From: Deltaproteobacteria bacterium
Lineage (GTDB): Bacteria > Myxococcota > Kuafuiibacteriia > Kuafuiibacteriales > Kuafuiibacteriaceae
Length of the DNA stretch: 64,000 nucleotides
Direction of reading: 5' to 3'
Assembly (NCBI GenBank): GCA_040218735.1
Contig: JAVJQW010000018.1
Coordinates: forward strand, 32,001-96,000
In this document: in pieces, positions 63,501-64,000 of the stretch
How the letters are laid out: each line of letters starts with the position of its first letter
Position numbering within the stretch: the stretch's first letter is position 1
Notes under the pieces: model-generated
Databases searched by the model: none
The model's input: only the letters and a program-made list of their open reading frames with translations
Told to the model about the DNA's origin: nothing
Program-made: the position numbers and the translations under genes

Positions 63501-64000
63501 CGCTACGGCGAGGCGGCGCGCAACTACGAGATCGTGCTGGCGCGATCGTGGAACCGCCACGACGAGCAGGCGAAGACGGCCGCACGTCTGCACTACGGTC
63601 GGCTGTTGCGCGCGCTCGCGCAGCGCGCGCCGGGCGGGACGCGCCAGGCGTTGGAGGCGCGCTTCGCGGAGCTCGCGAGCGTGAGCGCTTCGCTCGCTTC
63701 GGGGGCGATGGATTTCCAGCTGACGATCCACTGGTCGACGGACTCGGTGGACATCGACCTGTGGGTCTTCGAGCCGACCGGGGAGAAGTGCGCCTACGAC
63801 AACCCCGAGACCGAGACGGGGGGCCGCCTGCTGTGGGACATCACCGACGGTATGGGACCGGAGGTCTACCAGGCGGCCGCGACCCGGACGGGGGCTTACG
63901 ACACCCTCGTGCACTTCTACGGGAGCGGAGCGCCGCGTATGCAGGCACCGACCGCGTTGTTGATGGTCGTCGACGAGGCCCCCTGGTCGACGGGCGGGGC
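60597..64000 (+). CDS. Large VIT - VWA - TPR - YfaP/DUF2135-like exported protein, runs off the right edge
   Basis: Not in the ORF track; same frame found at several checkpoints: ARTVVDYVFEN...LEGTF.HPLP (VIT), ILLDTSLS and FLLSDG (VWA), TPR-like helices, DIDLWVFEPTGE...DITDGMGPE. Confidence 0.8.
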   Translation, partial: MAFVRVRSVLCVLTLLTLTRCAARGPAPAKSAAEPNPAAEQAAFEAQGLDAPRTEARERPDAARLDLAQLSEAFGPATEASPDEVARMAQKGRVDAVEDTSVATIASESVQSSADEDERAEPPPPPPPAPRRSTTIPRPDDDARIESRRSEGGESTKLREKKKRGKRDTRGPGKKQEAKEKAKDVGNFDLNESSGEDLMAQTVLPAIERRPALGKILVRGADGKMTALVPRAVRVVAHVQGPRARTVVDYVFENPQDKRLEGTFYHPLPADASPAGFSMFDGTRRVENQRFFSSAKLLPKLPKGTIAAGSIIPATPARGGSVKWGARQQARVVEQKRAREVYEAIVRSDVDPALLEWSGGSNFEARVFPIEAKSLKRVVVAYEQPLVFDGKRYRYGYTMPSEPTLVERSASLFVDQLHGAIVAAPSAAKARGKKQRWARFDVPKAEPGATLEVAVEPNEHGAVLRGEDRTGMGGESFYAEVRPALPEATDRATNRALILLDTSLSSDEGGTHARRQALIQALLEKDSSIEEYAVMLFDVRPRWLHAIGWRANTPFNRAATYADLRRVYLEGATSFASVLDELQAQRAWAVDGAKTTVFLLSDGEITWGLDREEALPARYPIVSDVRWVTYRFGEAAANAALFDLLSRESGGQTVSVLSEADAPAAALAHRRVPVSLESVQVEGAPSADVVVAGNPQLVYPGQTLRIAGRLPEGMEAQLVVTLASGGSSNAVRVPLANLEDHFAPRAWAELHAQRLIALDDPRLDRMVVALSQHYRLANARASMLILENDAQAEAFALKDEQVDLHDLEALRRSEADQRRAALLGLALDGVTPAHQNLLEAIRRSADGAEPVLRPQPLLELPFSGGPERMQAELEYRRAREADTNDILLYERIARARALAGDTAGAVRALSTTVELRPRDAEAMRLVGYALLAVAQYDVAVELFERIRLLRPFEPQAYLEEALALDAEGRYGEAARNYEIVLARSWNRHDEQAKTAARLHYGRLLRALAQRAPGGTRQALEARFAELASVSASLASGAMDFQLTIHWSTDSVDIDLWVFEPTGEKCAYDNPETETGGRLLWDITDGMGPEVYQAAATRTGAYDTLVHFYGSGAPRMQAPTALLMVVDEAPWSTGG

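Noticed and set aside
58962-63914. 1650-aa minus-strand ORF
   Set aside because: Antisense shadow of the kinase end, DegP and VIT genes.

Overview
GC-rich bacterial DNA; the gene content (sigma-54 enhancer-binding protein, Ser/Thr kinase, ECF-sigma/caspase module, Mx162-type reverse transcriptase) suggests Myxococcota or a relative, which is inference. Most of the window is housekeeping, signalling and envelope genes (rsmB, rpe, tRNA-Pro, fbp, mutH, plsY, DegP, SulP, histidine kinases). The main feature is an apparently complete retron locus of about 12.4 kb on the minus strand, ending just past tRNA-Pro(CGG). It comprises three overlapping genes (891-aa helical-repeat protein, about 2086-aa beta-propeller plus HEAT-repeat protein, 602-aa protein with a degenerate SWIM finger and a WGR domain), then a foldable msr-msd ncRNA (30-bp outer inverted repeats, 36-bp msd hairpin), then the RT. 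A 12-bp copy of the tRNA 3' end brackets the RT+ncRNA unit. Other notable items: an Omp85 barrel paired with a kinase-like lipoprotein, a Rieske oxygenase that has lost its Rieske domain, an ECF-sigma/anti-sigma/caspase operon, a lone low-GC ABC-ATPase-TOPRIM gene, and a sigma-54 promoter with tandem NtrC-like sites. All family assignments come from motif recognition by eye; no searches were run.
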